Shown: positions 20,155 to 29,376, numbered from the stretch's first letter. The stretch is 64,000 nt of DNA from Treponema sp. (GCA_024699235.1 JAILPY010000175.1:10873-74872), one strand, 5' to 3'. Made by a program: numbers and translations. Notes: generated from the letters alone by a model not told the origin.

Positions 20155-20326
20155 GTAAAATTATCAAATTCACTGTGGTAAATCGAAAAAGTCGTTGAGC
20201 AAATTTTTATATTGCTAAAAAACACCTTTTTTTGTTCTTGCTATGTGGACACCCATATTGGGGTGCTTGTTTTTAGTAAAAATTCTCCGTATGGTTTGGT
20301 TAATATAAGTCCTCTCTTTTAACTAA

Positions 20327-20355
20327 TAGTCAAAAACGCTAAAAAATGCTATATT
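20327..20355 (+). promoter_or_regulatory. Internal promoter of the R-M cassette
   Basis: TAGTCA-17-TATATT with a TG extension. Confidence 0.5.
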
Positions 20356-20386
20356 TTATTTATAAAATTTATTTTTGGGTGGGAAA

Positions 20387-21700
20387 ATGCATTTTACCAA
20401 ATCTATTAAATTTATAGATTTATTCGCTGGAATCGGTGGAATTCGTAAAGGATTTGAACTCGCATGTTCAGACCTTGGTATAGAAACAGAATGTGTTTTT
20501 ACATCTGAAATAAAGACTTATGCAGTCGATGTATTAAAACAAAATCATCCAAACGAATGTATTAACGGTGATATTACAAAAATAGAAACTTCCGAAATCC
20601 CAGATTTTGATTTTTTGCTTGGAGGTTTCCCTTGTCAGGCATTTTCATCAGCTGGTAAACGGCTTGGATTTGAAGATACTCGAGGAACTCTTTTTTTTGA
20701 AGTCGAAAGAATCCTTCGCGATAAAAAACCAAAAGGATTTATTCTTGAAAATGTTGAAGGATTAGTAAACCACGACAGAAAGAATCCAAAAGATAAAATC
20801 GGAAGAACACTTTCTATAATCTTGGAACATTTGACGGCTCTTGGTTACAAAGTTAATTGGCGAGTCTTGAATGCAAAAGATTTTGGTGTTCCGCAAGATA
20901 GAAAACGTATTTATATTACAGGAACATTTTCAGAAATTCCTGACTTACAAGATTTTGAAACGGTAAATTCAACACTTTCGGAAGTCCTTGAACATGGTTT
21001 GCCTGTGTCTAACAGTAAATTTGTAAATCTTGTTCTCTCACACTATTCTGTAAACCAGCTTTATGGAATGTCTATAAAGGATAAACGAGGTGGAGAAAAT
21101 AATATTCACAGTTGGGATATCGATTACAAAGGTAAAACAACAAAACAGGAGAAAAAATTCCTAAACTTACTTTTAAAAGAAAGACGAAAAAAGAAATGGG
21201 CTGTTGAGTATGGTATAGATTGGATGGACGGTATGCCTCTTACAATCGATATGATTCGTACTTTCTGTAATCCCAACAATCTTGAAGTCATGCTTGAAGA
21301 TTTAGTTTCAAAAAAATATCTCAAGAAAGAGCATCCAAAAAGGAAAGTAGGAAACAAAAGAGTTCAAGATGAATCTTTACCGCTTGGTTATAATATTGTT
21401 GCTGGCAAAATGTCTTATGAAGTCGCAAAGGTTTTAGACCCGAACGGAATTGCTCCTACTCTTGTAGCAATGGATATGGAGCATTTGTTTGTTGGCGATA
21501 ATGGTGGAATTAGAAAATTGTCATTAAGAGAAGGTTTACGGCTTTTCGGTTATCCAGATGATTTTAAATTTAATGTGTCACAACAAGACGGTTATGACTT
21601 GCTTGGCAATACAGTTGTAGTTCCTGTGATAAAGCAAGTTGCTCTTCGAGTTTTAAAAATTTGTGCAGCGGAGAAAAAGAATGAAAGTGAATGCGCTTAA
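20387..21700 (+). CDS. C5-cytosine DNA methyltransferase, M.NlaIV/M.NgoBV-like (predicted GGNNCC)
   Basis: FIDLFAGIGG (motif I), GFPCQ (IV), ENV (VI), PQDRKR (VIII), LGN (X); the variable region KDKRGGENNIHSW…GIDWMDGMPLT matches M.NlaIV as recalled. Confidence 0.9.
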   Translation: MHFTKSIKFIDLFAGIGGIRKGFELACSDLGIETECVFTSEIKTYAVDVLKQNHPNECINGDITKIETSEIPDFDFLLGGFPCQAFSSAGKRLGFEDTRGTLFFEVERILRDKKPKGFILENVEGLVNHDRKNPKDKIGRTLSIILEHLTALGYKVNWRVLNAKDFGVPQDRKRIYITGTFSEIPDLQDFETVNSTLSEVLEHGLPVSNSKFVNLVLSHYSVNQLYGMSIKDKRGGENNIHSWDIDYKGKTTKQEKKFLNLLLKERRKKKWAVEYGIDWMDGMPLTIDMIRTFCNPNNLEVMLEDLVSKKYLKKEHPKRKVGNKRVQDESLPLGYNIVAGKMSYEVAKVLDPNGIAPTLVAMDMEHLFVGDNGGIRKLSLREGLRLFGYPDDFKFNVSQQDGYDLLGNTVVVPVIKQVALRVLKICAAEKKNESECA

Positions 21701-22409
21701 AGTATTTGAAAAATTGCTTGATGAAGATAAATTGCTAGAAATTGAAGGGCAAATAAAATTCTTCTTGGGTGATGTAGATATAATCGTCAAACAAAAAGAT
21801 GTTGTTGGAAATATAATTCAAGAGTGGTTGCAAGGCTGGATGGATAAACGGGGAATTGAATATGCTTTAAATGACAATACTCAAATGCCTCCAGATTTTT
21901 TTTTAAATCCAAAAGATAAAACGACCGATTTGCTTGAAGTAAAAGCCTTTAACCGATCTGCAAGTCCGGGATTTGATATTGCAGATTTTCGAATGTACGA
22001 AGAAGAAATTATTGAAAAACCTTATATGCTCAATGTCGATTATATTATTTTTGGTTATGATATGAGTGATGATGGTGTTGTAACAATAAGAGATTTATGG
22101 CTCAAAAAAGTCTGGGAAATTACCCGCAGAATGGAAGGTTGGTCTATAAACCTGCAGGTAAAGCAAGGGGTTGTACATAAAATTCGTCCAGGAGTTTGGT
22201 ATAGCGACAGACCGGGAAATATTCCTATGTTCAAAAGTATGGAACATTTTATTTCCGCAATTGAAGAAGCTGTATATCAAAATCCCAAAACACATGAATC
22301 TGCTGCAACTTGGAAAAAGAATTTTGTTGATAGTTATAGAAAATTTTATGGTGTTAAATTGGACATTCCAAGATGGCAAGAAATAGCCTCTCAATATGAA
22401 GTAAAATAA
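21681..22409 (+). CDS. Type II restriction endonuclease, NgoBV/NlaIV family
   Basis: KQKDVVGNIIQEW, PPDFFL…LEVK (PD-(D/E)xK), PGFDIADF, QVKQGVVHKIRP; overlaps the MTase 3' end by 20 bp; GGAG Shine-Dalgarno. Confidence 0.85.
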   Translation: MKVNALKVFEKLLDEDKLLEIEGQIKFFLGDVDIIVKQKDVVGNIIQEWLQGWMDKRGIEYALNDNTQMPPDFFLNPKDKTTDLLEVKAFNRSASPGFDIADFRMYEEEIIEKPYMLNVDYIIFGYDMSDDGVVTIRDLWLKKVWEITRRMEGWSINLQVKQGVVHKIRPGVWYSDRPGNIPMFKSMEHFISAIEEAVYQNPKTHESAATWKKNFVDSYRKFYGVKLDIPRWQEIASQYEVK

Positions 22410-22410
22410 T

Positions 22411-22474
22411 CACATAACAAAAGTTCAAAGTCGATACAGACTCAAGGTCTGTGCGGTTTAACTCATTGCTATGC
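22411..22474 (+). other. attC-like recombination site (about 63 bp)
   Basis: R'' CATAAC, spacer AAAA, L'' GTT(C)AAA…TACAGA, loop, TCTGTG…TTTAAC L', spacer TCATT, R' GCTATG. The bulged C22426 corresponds to the conserved extrahelical G of the bottom strand. Confidence 0.72.
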
Positions 22475-22644
22475 AGTTAAATGTTAAAAAGCAAAATTTC
22501 TAAAAAGTATATGCAAATTATTTTTGACGTTGACCAGAATAAGTTTATGCGTCAGAATGAATTTCAAGGATATTTCATAACTGCCCATTTTCTGGCGGAA
22601 GCAATGTTAATGATAATCCTGTATAAAAATGGAGTCTAGTCATA

Positions 22645-23172
22645 ATGAAGATTGTTTTTTTAACAATTCTGATGATTTTTGCCTTTAATTTTTGCTTTGC
22701 TCAGGAAAAGGTAAATTCATGTATGCTCCAAGGCGAATGTTGGGCTTGCAAAATTTCAGCTCCTGATGGATGGGTTTTAGATCAGGAAAGCTTTTCGCAG
22801 TATGGCATTTCTGGATTGTTTTATGAAGAAGGAAAGGCTTTGGGAGGCTCTACTCCAATAATATATGTAAATAGTGAAAAGTTGAGCAGAGATACGGATG
22901 CTTCCTTAAAGCGATTTATAAAATCAGATTTAGGCAAGTATGAAAAAAAAGGTGCTTCTGTAAAGGCTGTAAAATTAGAAGGCGTTACAGATAAGCGGAT
23001 AGACTGTTATAGTATTGAGACAGGCAGAAGTGCTGAGCTTTGCGCTTACACTAGATTCAAAAATGTCTGTTTTTTAATAGTTCTTACGGCAAATACTGCT
23101 GATGGAATTAGCAGAAACATATCTAATATGGAAGAACTTATTAATAATATGGAATATATGGAAAGAAATTGA
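22645..23172 (+). CDS. Hypothetical exported protein
   Basis: Signal peptide (…FCFAQ), GGAG Shine-Dalgarno, 175 aa. Confidence 0.7.
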   Translation: MKIVFLTILMIFAFNFCFAQEKVNSCMLQGECWACKISAPDGWVLDQESFSQYGISGLFYEEGKALGGSTPIIYVNSEKLSRDTDASLKRFIKSDLGKYEKKGASVKAVKLEGVTDKRIDCYSIETGRSAELCAYTRFKNVCFLIVLTANTADGISRNISNMEELINNMEYMERN

Positions 23173-24065
23173 GGAGTTCAGAAATGGTTGAATCTAGTTT
23201 TGGAAATGTAAAGGAATTTACGGCACAGCTTTTTTCTGATTCTAAAAGCTGTTATTCTGACTGTAGCGTAGCAGATAAGAAATTTGTTTTGGGAGAATCG
23301 CCTTTTTATGACGAACGAACAGGAAATCTTTCTTTTGTCGACATTATGAGCCATGCATTTTACATAATTGATAAAAATGGAAAGTGTTCATCTTATGATG
23401 TAGGGCAGATGGTTGGAGCTGCAGTTCCTGCAGAAAAAGCAGGAACGTATATGCTTGCCATGACTGACGGCCTTTATTTGTTTGACGGAAAGGATGTAAA
23501 TTGCATTTTCGATCTGTCAAATATATATGAACCGTACAGGCGCTCTAATGATGCAAAGTGTGATCCTGCAGGAAGGCTGTTTTTTGGTTCTTCTACTTGG
23601 AATAATGAATATGAACCTGGCGGAAATTTGTATTGCTATGATGATGGAACTGTCAGAATCCTTCAGAAAAATACAAAAATTTCAAATGGAATGGCATGGA
23701 CAAAGAATAAAAAGAAATTTTTATTTTCAGATTCCCTGGAACATTGTGTCTTTGTTTATGATTATGATATTTCGACAGGCAATATATCCGGCAGGCGAGA
23801 ACTTTTTCATGTAGATGACGGCGTTCCTGACGGCATGTGCATTGATGGAGATGATAATGTCTGGCTGGCAGTGTGGGGAGGCCGTCGCATTGAATGTCAC
23901 AGTTCTGTAGACGGAAGCCTTCTTGCTAGGGTGAATGTTCCTGCAGAACAGGTTTCTTCCTGTTGCTTTTACGGTACAGAAAAAGACAGTCTTTTTATAA
24001 CAAGCGCTGGCGAAGGCCTTTCAGGAAAATACGATGGACGGCTCTTTAGCTGTAAGGTTTTTTAA
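23169..24065 (+). CDS. SMP-30/gluconolactonase/LRE family protein
   Basis: LGESPFYD, RSNDAKCDPAGR, ISNGMAW, GVPDGMCID. Confidence 0.9.
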   Translation: MRSSEMVESSFGNVKEFTAQLFSDSKSCYSDCSVADKKFVLGESPFYDERTGNLSFVDIMSHAFYIIDKNGKCSSYDVGQMVGAAVPAEKAGTYMLAMTDGLYLFDGKDVNCIFDLSNIYEPYRRSNDAKCDPAGRLFFGSSTWNNEYEPGGNLYCYDDGTVRILQKNTKISNGMAWTKNKKKFLFSDSLEHCVFVYDYDISTGNISGRRELFHVDDGVPDGMCIDGDDNVWLAVWGGRRIECHSSVDGSLLARVNVPAEQVSSCCFYGTEKDSLFITSAGEGLSGKYDGRLFSCKVF

Positions 24066-24082
24066 TCTCTGAAAGGTTGCAT

Positions 24083-24454
24083 ATGAAATTTTGTCTTTTG
24101 ATTTTAATTTTTTTCTGTATGGTAATGCTTGGGTGCAAGTCTTCAGGTGCTGTAAAAAAAGGAACGTCTGATAATGTTCCTGTTGAAAAACCTAGGAGTC
24201 AGGAGCATTCGATGAAAACTGTTATAGTTTCGCTTGCCCATGAAATGTCTGACCAGGAAGTCAAGGATCTTGCAGAAGATTATAATCTTCTTGTCACTTA
24301 TAATTATAGCTCGTTTAATATGTGCGCCCTTTCTTCTTCTGAAGAACTTTCTGAAACTGAACTTTCAGATTTAATAAGGCTTTTGTCAGCTGACAGTAGG
24401 GTTATTAATGTAGAGCGAGATTATGTTATTCAGCTTGATGATATGGAAAAGTAA
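24083..24454 (+). CDS. Small lipoprotein, possible subtilase-prodomain (I9-like) fold
   Basis: VMLGC lipobox; VIVSL…VTYNY…DSRVINVERDYV pattern resembles subtilisin propeptides. Confidence 0.6.
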   Translation: MKFCLLILIFFCMVMLGCKSSGAVKKGTSDNVPVEKPRSQEHSMKTVIVSLAHEMSDQEVKDLAEDYNLLVTYNYSSFNMCALSSSEELSETELSDLIRLLSADSRVINVERDYVIQLDDMEK

Positions 24455-24556
24455 TTTCTGACGGATAAATCCTGAATCCCGTAAAATAAAGTCTGCTGTA
24501 TTTTCCTTGCATAATTTCCTTGTAAATGATAGAAATATACTGGAGGTTTTTGTGGT

Positions 24557-26845
24557 ATGACAGAATTATTAGCACCGGCAGGTAACGTAGAGGCTCTGGA
24601 TGCAGCAATTGGGGAAGGAGCTGATGCCGTATATCTTGGCTTAAAAACATTTAATGCACGCCTCCGTTCGTCCAATTTTGCATGGCGAGAATTTGAAGCA
24701 GCAGTAGAAAGTCTTCATAAAATGGGAAGAAAAATATATGTAACTGTTAATACAGTTACAGAGGAAAGGGAAACTGAGCGTCTTTACAGGTTTCTCGGCT
24801 ATTTAAATAAAATAGGTCCTGACGGATTGATAGTCCAGGATTTTGGAGTTGTCAGGATGTGCCAGGAATTTTTTCCGCAGCTGGAACTTCATGCTTCTAC
24901 TCAGATGAATGTTTCAAGTGCAGCCGCTGCAAATTTACTTTCATCCCAAGGGCTTAAGCGTGTTGTTGTTGCTAGGGAATTAGGCTTGCCTGAAATAGAA
25001 AAAATAAAGAAAAATACAAATGCAGAAATAGAAATGTTTGTTCATGGTGCGCTATGTGTAAGTGAAAGCGGCCTGTGTCAGTTTTCTAGTTTTTTAGGAG
25101 GAAAGTCTGCAAACAGGGGGATGTGCACGCAGGCCTGCAGGCGTATTTATAATACAGATATGTATGGTGCCGAAAAGCACGGCTATTATTTTTCTCCATG
25201 CGATTTGCAGCTTATTGACCATGTTCCTGATTTAATGAAACTCGGCGTTGACAGCTTTAAAATTGAAGGCCGCATGAAGAGTGCTGAATATGTAGGAGCT
25301 GTTACAGCTGCATATCGCTATGTTATGGATCATTGGGAATCTGACCGTAAAGGTTCCATAGCGGAAGGCCATCGCATTTTGAGTACGGATTTTGCGCGTA
25401 CTAAAACTGATTACTGGTATGGATTTAATGAAATTCCATCTGGTGTTGATAATGCAGGACAGAAAATATTGAATCCAAACCAGGCAGGCGGTACAGGAAT
25501 TTATCTGGGGCGTATAAAGATTCTTCGTGAAGCAACTGTCTCTGAAAAAAAGGAATATTCTTCTATAGTAAAGTCTTTTTCTGACGATCCTTCTGGAGTA
25601 AAGGATGCAGCCATTCAGATGGCTCTGCTGGAAGGCGGGTCTTATGATCCTGATCCCGGAGACAGCATTCGCCTGCATAAAAAAGATGATACTGGCCGCG
25701 AAAGCCATAAAGTCCGTCTCGTAAAAACTGATGAAAAGGGTCGCCGGTGGATTGACGTACCAAACGGTTTTACTCAGGAAGATTCTGTTTATCTTTTGCA
25801 GACAAAAGCAATGTCTAAAAGATATAAGAGAGTTCTCCCTCAGGATTTATCTCGCTATAGGAAGCAGCCAGGACCGGAAAAGCTTCCTGTTTTGGATTTG
25901 ACGCCTCTTTCAAAGAAAGAACTGGACTGGTTCCCAGAGGGAATTTATGTAGAGGTATCGACTGTATCTGATGCCCATAACATACAGATGCTTCATCCTG
26001 TCCGCGTTATTATTGAATTGAATAGCGAAACTTCTTATGACTTTTTGCATAAAGACTCTGCTGAAAAACCTTTGCTCCCATTTAGCAAAAAAATGATTTT
26101 TATTGCTCTTGATCCATTTGTGGCAGAAGGAACTTTCGGTGAACTGAAAGACACTCTTTCAGTTTTGCTTGAGCATGGATATAAAAATTTTGTTGTAAAT
26201 AACCTTGCCCAGATAGAGATGCTGCGCAATGAGAAAGATGTTCACCTTGTAGCAGGCCCTTATTTGTATACATTTAACCGTTGGGCTGTTAGTTTTCTTG
26301 AAAACCAGAATATTATGGCTGTGCAGATGCCGTTTGAAAACAGTGAAAAGAATCTTTCCGAAACTTTTGAATCTCCAGTAGAGCATTCCCGCGTATTGAT
26401 TCCTGTGTTTGCATATCCTACTTTATTTAGGATGCGTTTTAAATTGCCTAAAGATTATGACTTTACATTCTTTTCTGATAAAGAAGGCATGAGCTTTAAA
26501 GTAAATTCCACTTCTGACGGTTCATTTGTAATGCCTGAAGCGCCTTTCAGCATTATAGAAAAGATGGAATCCTTGAAGTCTAAAGGCTGGAAGCGCCTTT
26601 TAATTGATTTTTCAAAGACTAAAACTTCTAAATCTGATCTGAAAGATTTGATGACGCTTATTAATAAACGCATGCATATTGAAGGTTCTTCAAAATTTAA
26701 CTGGAAAGACGGTTTTTATGATCCTGAAAAAATGGAAGCTTATCAGGCAAGCAATGCCCGTGCTGCACAGGCACGCAAGGACACTGCCGGTAGGAAAGGA
26801 AACTTTGCTCCTGTAAAGGGAGCAAAAAAGAAGGGCCGCCGTTAG
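24557..26845 (+). CDS. Peptidase U32 family Fe-S protein (RlhA/TrhP-like RNA hydroxylase)
   Basis: ELLAPAG, HASTQ, EMFVHGALCVSESGLC…NRGMCTQACR (4 Cys), FKIEGRMK. Confidence 0.85.
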   Translation: MTELLAPAGNVEALDAAIGEGADAVYLGLKTFNARLRSSNFAWREFEAAVESLHKMGRKIYVTVNTVTEERETERLYRFLGYLNKIGPDGLIVQDFGVVRMCQEFFPQLELHASTQMNVSSAAAANLLSSQGLKRVVVARELGLPEIEKIKKNTNAEIEMFVHGALCVSESGLCQFSSFLGGKSANRGMCTQACRRIYNTDMYGAEKHGYYFSPCDLQLIDHVPDLMKLGVDSFKIEGRMKSAEYVGAVTAAYRYVMDHWESDRKGSIAEGHRILSTDFARTKTDYWYGFNEIPSGVDNAGQKILNPNQAGGTGIYLGRIKILREATVSEKKEYSSIVKSFSDDPSGVKDAAIQMALLEGGSYDPDPGDSIRLHKKDDTGRESHKVRLVKTDEKGRRWIDVPNGFTQEDSVYLLQTKAMSKRYKRVLPQDLSRYRKQPGPEKLPVLDLTPLSKKELDWFPEGIYVEVSTVSDAHNIQMLHPVRVIIELNSETSYDFLHKDSAEKPLLPFSKKMIFIALDPFVAEGTFGELKDTLSVLLEHGYKNFVVNNLAQIEMLRNEKDVHLVAGPYLYTFNRWAVSFLENQNIMAVQMPFENSEKNLSETFESPVEHSRVLIPVFAYPTLFRMRFKLPKDYDFTFFSDKEGMSFKVNSTSDGSFVMPEAPFSIIEKMESLKSKGWKRLLIDFSKTKTSKSDLKDLMTLINKRMHIEGSSKFNWKDGFYDPEKMEAYQASNARAAQARKDTAGRKGNFAPVKGAKKKGRR

Positions 26846-27288
26846 AATGCAGGAAGTTGGTCTTCCTGCTCAGAAGCTGCTGTTGTGGCAGCTTTTATGG
26901 CATTGCTTACAGCATTGTCGGATTTATTCTTTGTAAACAGTCCGTCTGCCAGTCGCTTTGGAAGCTTTAGGAATTCGACATGCTCTGCTATTATGTGTAC
27001 CTTGCTGTGGGCGTTTCCTTCGTCATCTTTCCACCTGTTCTGCTTTATTCTTCCAACGACTCTTATGGATCTTCCTGTGGGGCACCATTCAGAACATCTT
27101 TCTGCAAGCTTTCCAAACGTATCAACGTCAAAATAAGATACTTCTTCTGTTAAAGTTCCTTCTGAATTTTTATATTTAAAATTAACGGCTATAGGTACTG
27201 TACATACAGCCTTTCCATTTGGCATGACTTTTGACAGAGGTGTCCGTACTACATTTCCCTCTAGAATGATTTGATTTAAAGTATTCAT
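26842..27288 (-). CDS. ssb: Single-stranded DNA-binding protein
   Basis: LNQIILEGN, IRVVGRIKQNRW, IIAEHVEF OB fold; acidic tail EDQLPAF; start moved to ATG 27288 with AAGGAG. Confidence 0.88.
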   Translation of the reverse strand: MNTLNQIILEGNVVRTPLSKVMPNGKAVCTVPIAVNFKYKNSEGTLTEEVSYFDVDTFGKLAERCSEWCPTGRSIRVVGRIKQNRWKDDEGNAHSKVHIIAEHVEFLKLPKRLADGLFTKNKSDNAVSNAIKAATTAASEQEDQLPAF

Positions 27289-27441
27289 TGTAATCTCCTT
27301 AGAAGAATAATCTTCTATAGCATGTAGTTTTCCTGATATGTCAATTTTGTATTGAATCATGAAGAAAAAATTAAATTTTATTATTTTTATATTTTATTTT
27401 GCACTTGTTTTCATGTAATACTTTGTATATAATGAACTCTT

Positions 27442-29376
27442 ATGGAAGTAACATCAAACGTTCTTGAATTACTAAAGAATTATTCTTTGAAACAGAGAAT
27501 TGTCAGTATTGAATTTGGTGAGTTCGCTGATTATATTCGTCATTATGCACAGCATCATGTAAATGAAAAAGGATGGCTTGGAGCTTTTCTTGGTACTACA
27601 GACGATACCCTGCAGGATGAATTAAGAAAGCTTGCTTCATCTAGGCAGATTGTTATTACTAATGTGTCTCAGGGAAAGCAGCTTATATTTGTTGTTCCAT
27701 CTTTTATAGAAACTTATTCAGAAAAATATAAAGAAATTGAATTGAATGTAGGTGTTCCTTTTCCTAACATAAATGACTTGCCTAAAAATGTTCCTACAGA
27801 TATAGTTACGAAAGTTCAGGCGGCAGATTTTTTGTATGAACGTCTTGAAAAGGAATCTGCTGATGCACATATATTATACTGTCTTGAATTTGACAAGAGC
27901 ATTCCGGGGCTTTTGTTCCCTTCATCTCTTTCTGTAACGCTTCTTTTAAAGCTTACCCTGAAAAAAATTCAGGATATGTTGAGAAAAGAAGAGTATCATG
28001 ATTATTTCCTGAAAAAACTTACTATCTCAAATCCTGGAAAAGAGCTCTCCATGAAGAATTTCTTTACTCTTCTTGTAGCTCGTCCGGAAGATGCTTTTGA
28101 AGCCGTCAGGACAAATGGAGATAACTTTTACTATTGGTCTCAGCTGTGTTATTTTGTACGTCAGGATTATAATAAGAGAAAGGATTACACTGCTGACGAA
28201 GTAAATACCCTTCAATGCATTTCAATCATTGAAATTTCAACTGCATTCTATAAGTCTCGCGCAGCAGAGCGCAGCCAGACGGAAAGTGCCTTTAAGGAAT
28301 TTGACCGGCTTATATCCTCTCCTCCTTATTATTTTACAAAATCTGACATTGAAAAATTTAAGGATTCTCATGGAAAGTCTTTGCTTGGCCAGTATTCAAG
28401 GGAAGCCTTGAATGATAGGCTGAATGCTATGCATTCTGAAACTGTCGGTAACAGTCTTCCTCCGCTCCTTATATTCAGGGTTGATGAAAAAGAGGGATAT
28501 TTTATTATGAAAGATAAAATCATGCCTCTTATTATACGTCTTTGCAATGAAGCTTCTTCTGTAATTCGTGAAAGTTTGAGCCGTACGTGGTTTAAATCCT
28601 TACTAGAATTTGAAACTTTACCGGAAATGAAAGAGTCTGTTCCGTTTGAAAAGTGCCTTGATCGTGAATTGCGTGCAGCGCAGCCAATCTTGTATTCTTT
28701 GCTTCATGCATCATTCTTGCCGGTTGTAGCTTTTGAAGACAATACTCCTGGACGCATGACTTTATATCGTAACGGACTTTTAGTTCCATATAGTGAATTA
28801 TTATTGGTAAGCCGTCAGGAAATATATTTAAACGCAAAAATGAAACTGCCGGTTTGGTATTCAATTCCTGTAGTTTCATGGCTTGTTTCACTCTTTATAA
28901 AGAAGCCCAAAAAGAAGCGTGCAAAGAAAATTTATCAGACTGCTACAGAGGAAACGATTAATTCCGAAAAGGCAGCAGCTGAAGAAAGGGTAAAGAATCT
29001 TGAGGCAAAGGATAAGGGACCTCGTTCCCGTTCTAAGGCATTCCGAAATATAGCTTCTTCTGCAGAGCAGAGGCTTGTGCCGGAAAATAGTACGTTGGAT
29101 AGAGAATTAAAGGCTTATCTTTCAGAATGGAATGACCGCCTTGACGGTTCTTCTTATGATAACCTTACAATGGATGTAAATAACCTTATCAGAGATTATT
29201 TGAGGAAAGTCTTGAAATCTTTAAAGACTGAAAATATGTCTGAAGAAAGAATTGAAAGCCTTGCTCAGTCATTGGAAGAAAGTCCTAGCCTTATGAAAAT
29301 AAAGAATCATCCGGCTTTGAAGCATTATATACAGTTGTATATGATAAAGCTTTTGAAAAATTTACCTCCTTCTTGA
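27442..29376 (+). CDS. Hypothetical protein (644 aa)
   Basis: Long ORF with its own promoter-like TATAAT; no motif recognised. Confidence 0.8.
   Translation: MEVTSNVLELLKNYSLKQRIVSIEFGEFADYIRHYAQHHVNEKGWLGAFLGTTDDTLQDELRKLASSRQIVITNVSQGKQLIFVVPSFIETYSEKYKEIELNVGVPFPNINDLPKNVPTDIVTKVQAADFLYERLEKESADAHILYCLEFDKSIPGLLFPSSLSVTLLLKLTLKKIQDMLRKEEYHDYFLKKLTISNPGKELSMKNFFTLLVARPEDAFEAVRTNGDNFYYWSQLCYFVRQDYNKRKDYTADEVNTLQCISIIEISTAFYKSRAAERSQTESAFKEFDRLISSPPYYFTKSDIEKFKDSHGKSLLGQYSREALNDRLNAMHSETVGNSLPPLLIFRVDEKEGYFIMKDKIMPLIIRLCNEASSVIRESLSRTWFKSLLEFETLPEMKESVPFEKCLDRELRAAQPILYSLLHASFLPVVAFEDNTPGRMTLYRNGLLVPYSELLLVSRQEIYLNAKMKLPVWYSIPVVSWLVSLFIKKPKKKRAKKIYQTATEETINSEKAAAEERVKNLEAKDKGPRSRSKAFRNIASSAEQRLVPENSTLDRELKAYLSEWNDRLDGSSYDNLTMDVNNLIRDYLRKVLKSLKTENMSEERIESLAQSLEESPSLMKIKNHPALKHYIQLYMIKLLKNLPPS

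Larger units (their letters stand above)
20241..22468 (+). mobile_element. Putative solitary integron gene cassette carrying a type II R-M system
   Basis: attC-like hairpin right after the REase stop; TTGCTATG at both junctions (20238-20245, 22466-22473); the left-junction GCTATGTG complements the R'' box CACATAAC better than the present right end does; no integrase in window. Confidence 0.7.

Noticed and set aside
19949-20201. MITE defined by the 9-bp inverted repeat TGCTCAACG/CGTTGAGCA around the array
   Set aside because: A 9-bp match is expected by chance over this span; no target-site duplication is seen.
19905-20250. DnaA boxes supporting a replication origin
   Set aside because: Best matches (TTATCCCTA, TGTGGTAAA, TGTGGACAC) are only 7/9, and no rep gene is present.
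22511-22639. 42-codon ORF downstream of the attC
   Set aside because: No RBS or homology cue; likely chance in AT-rich DNA.
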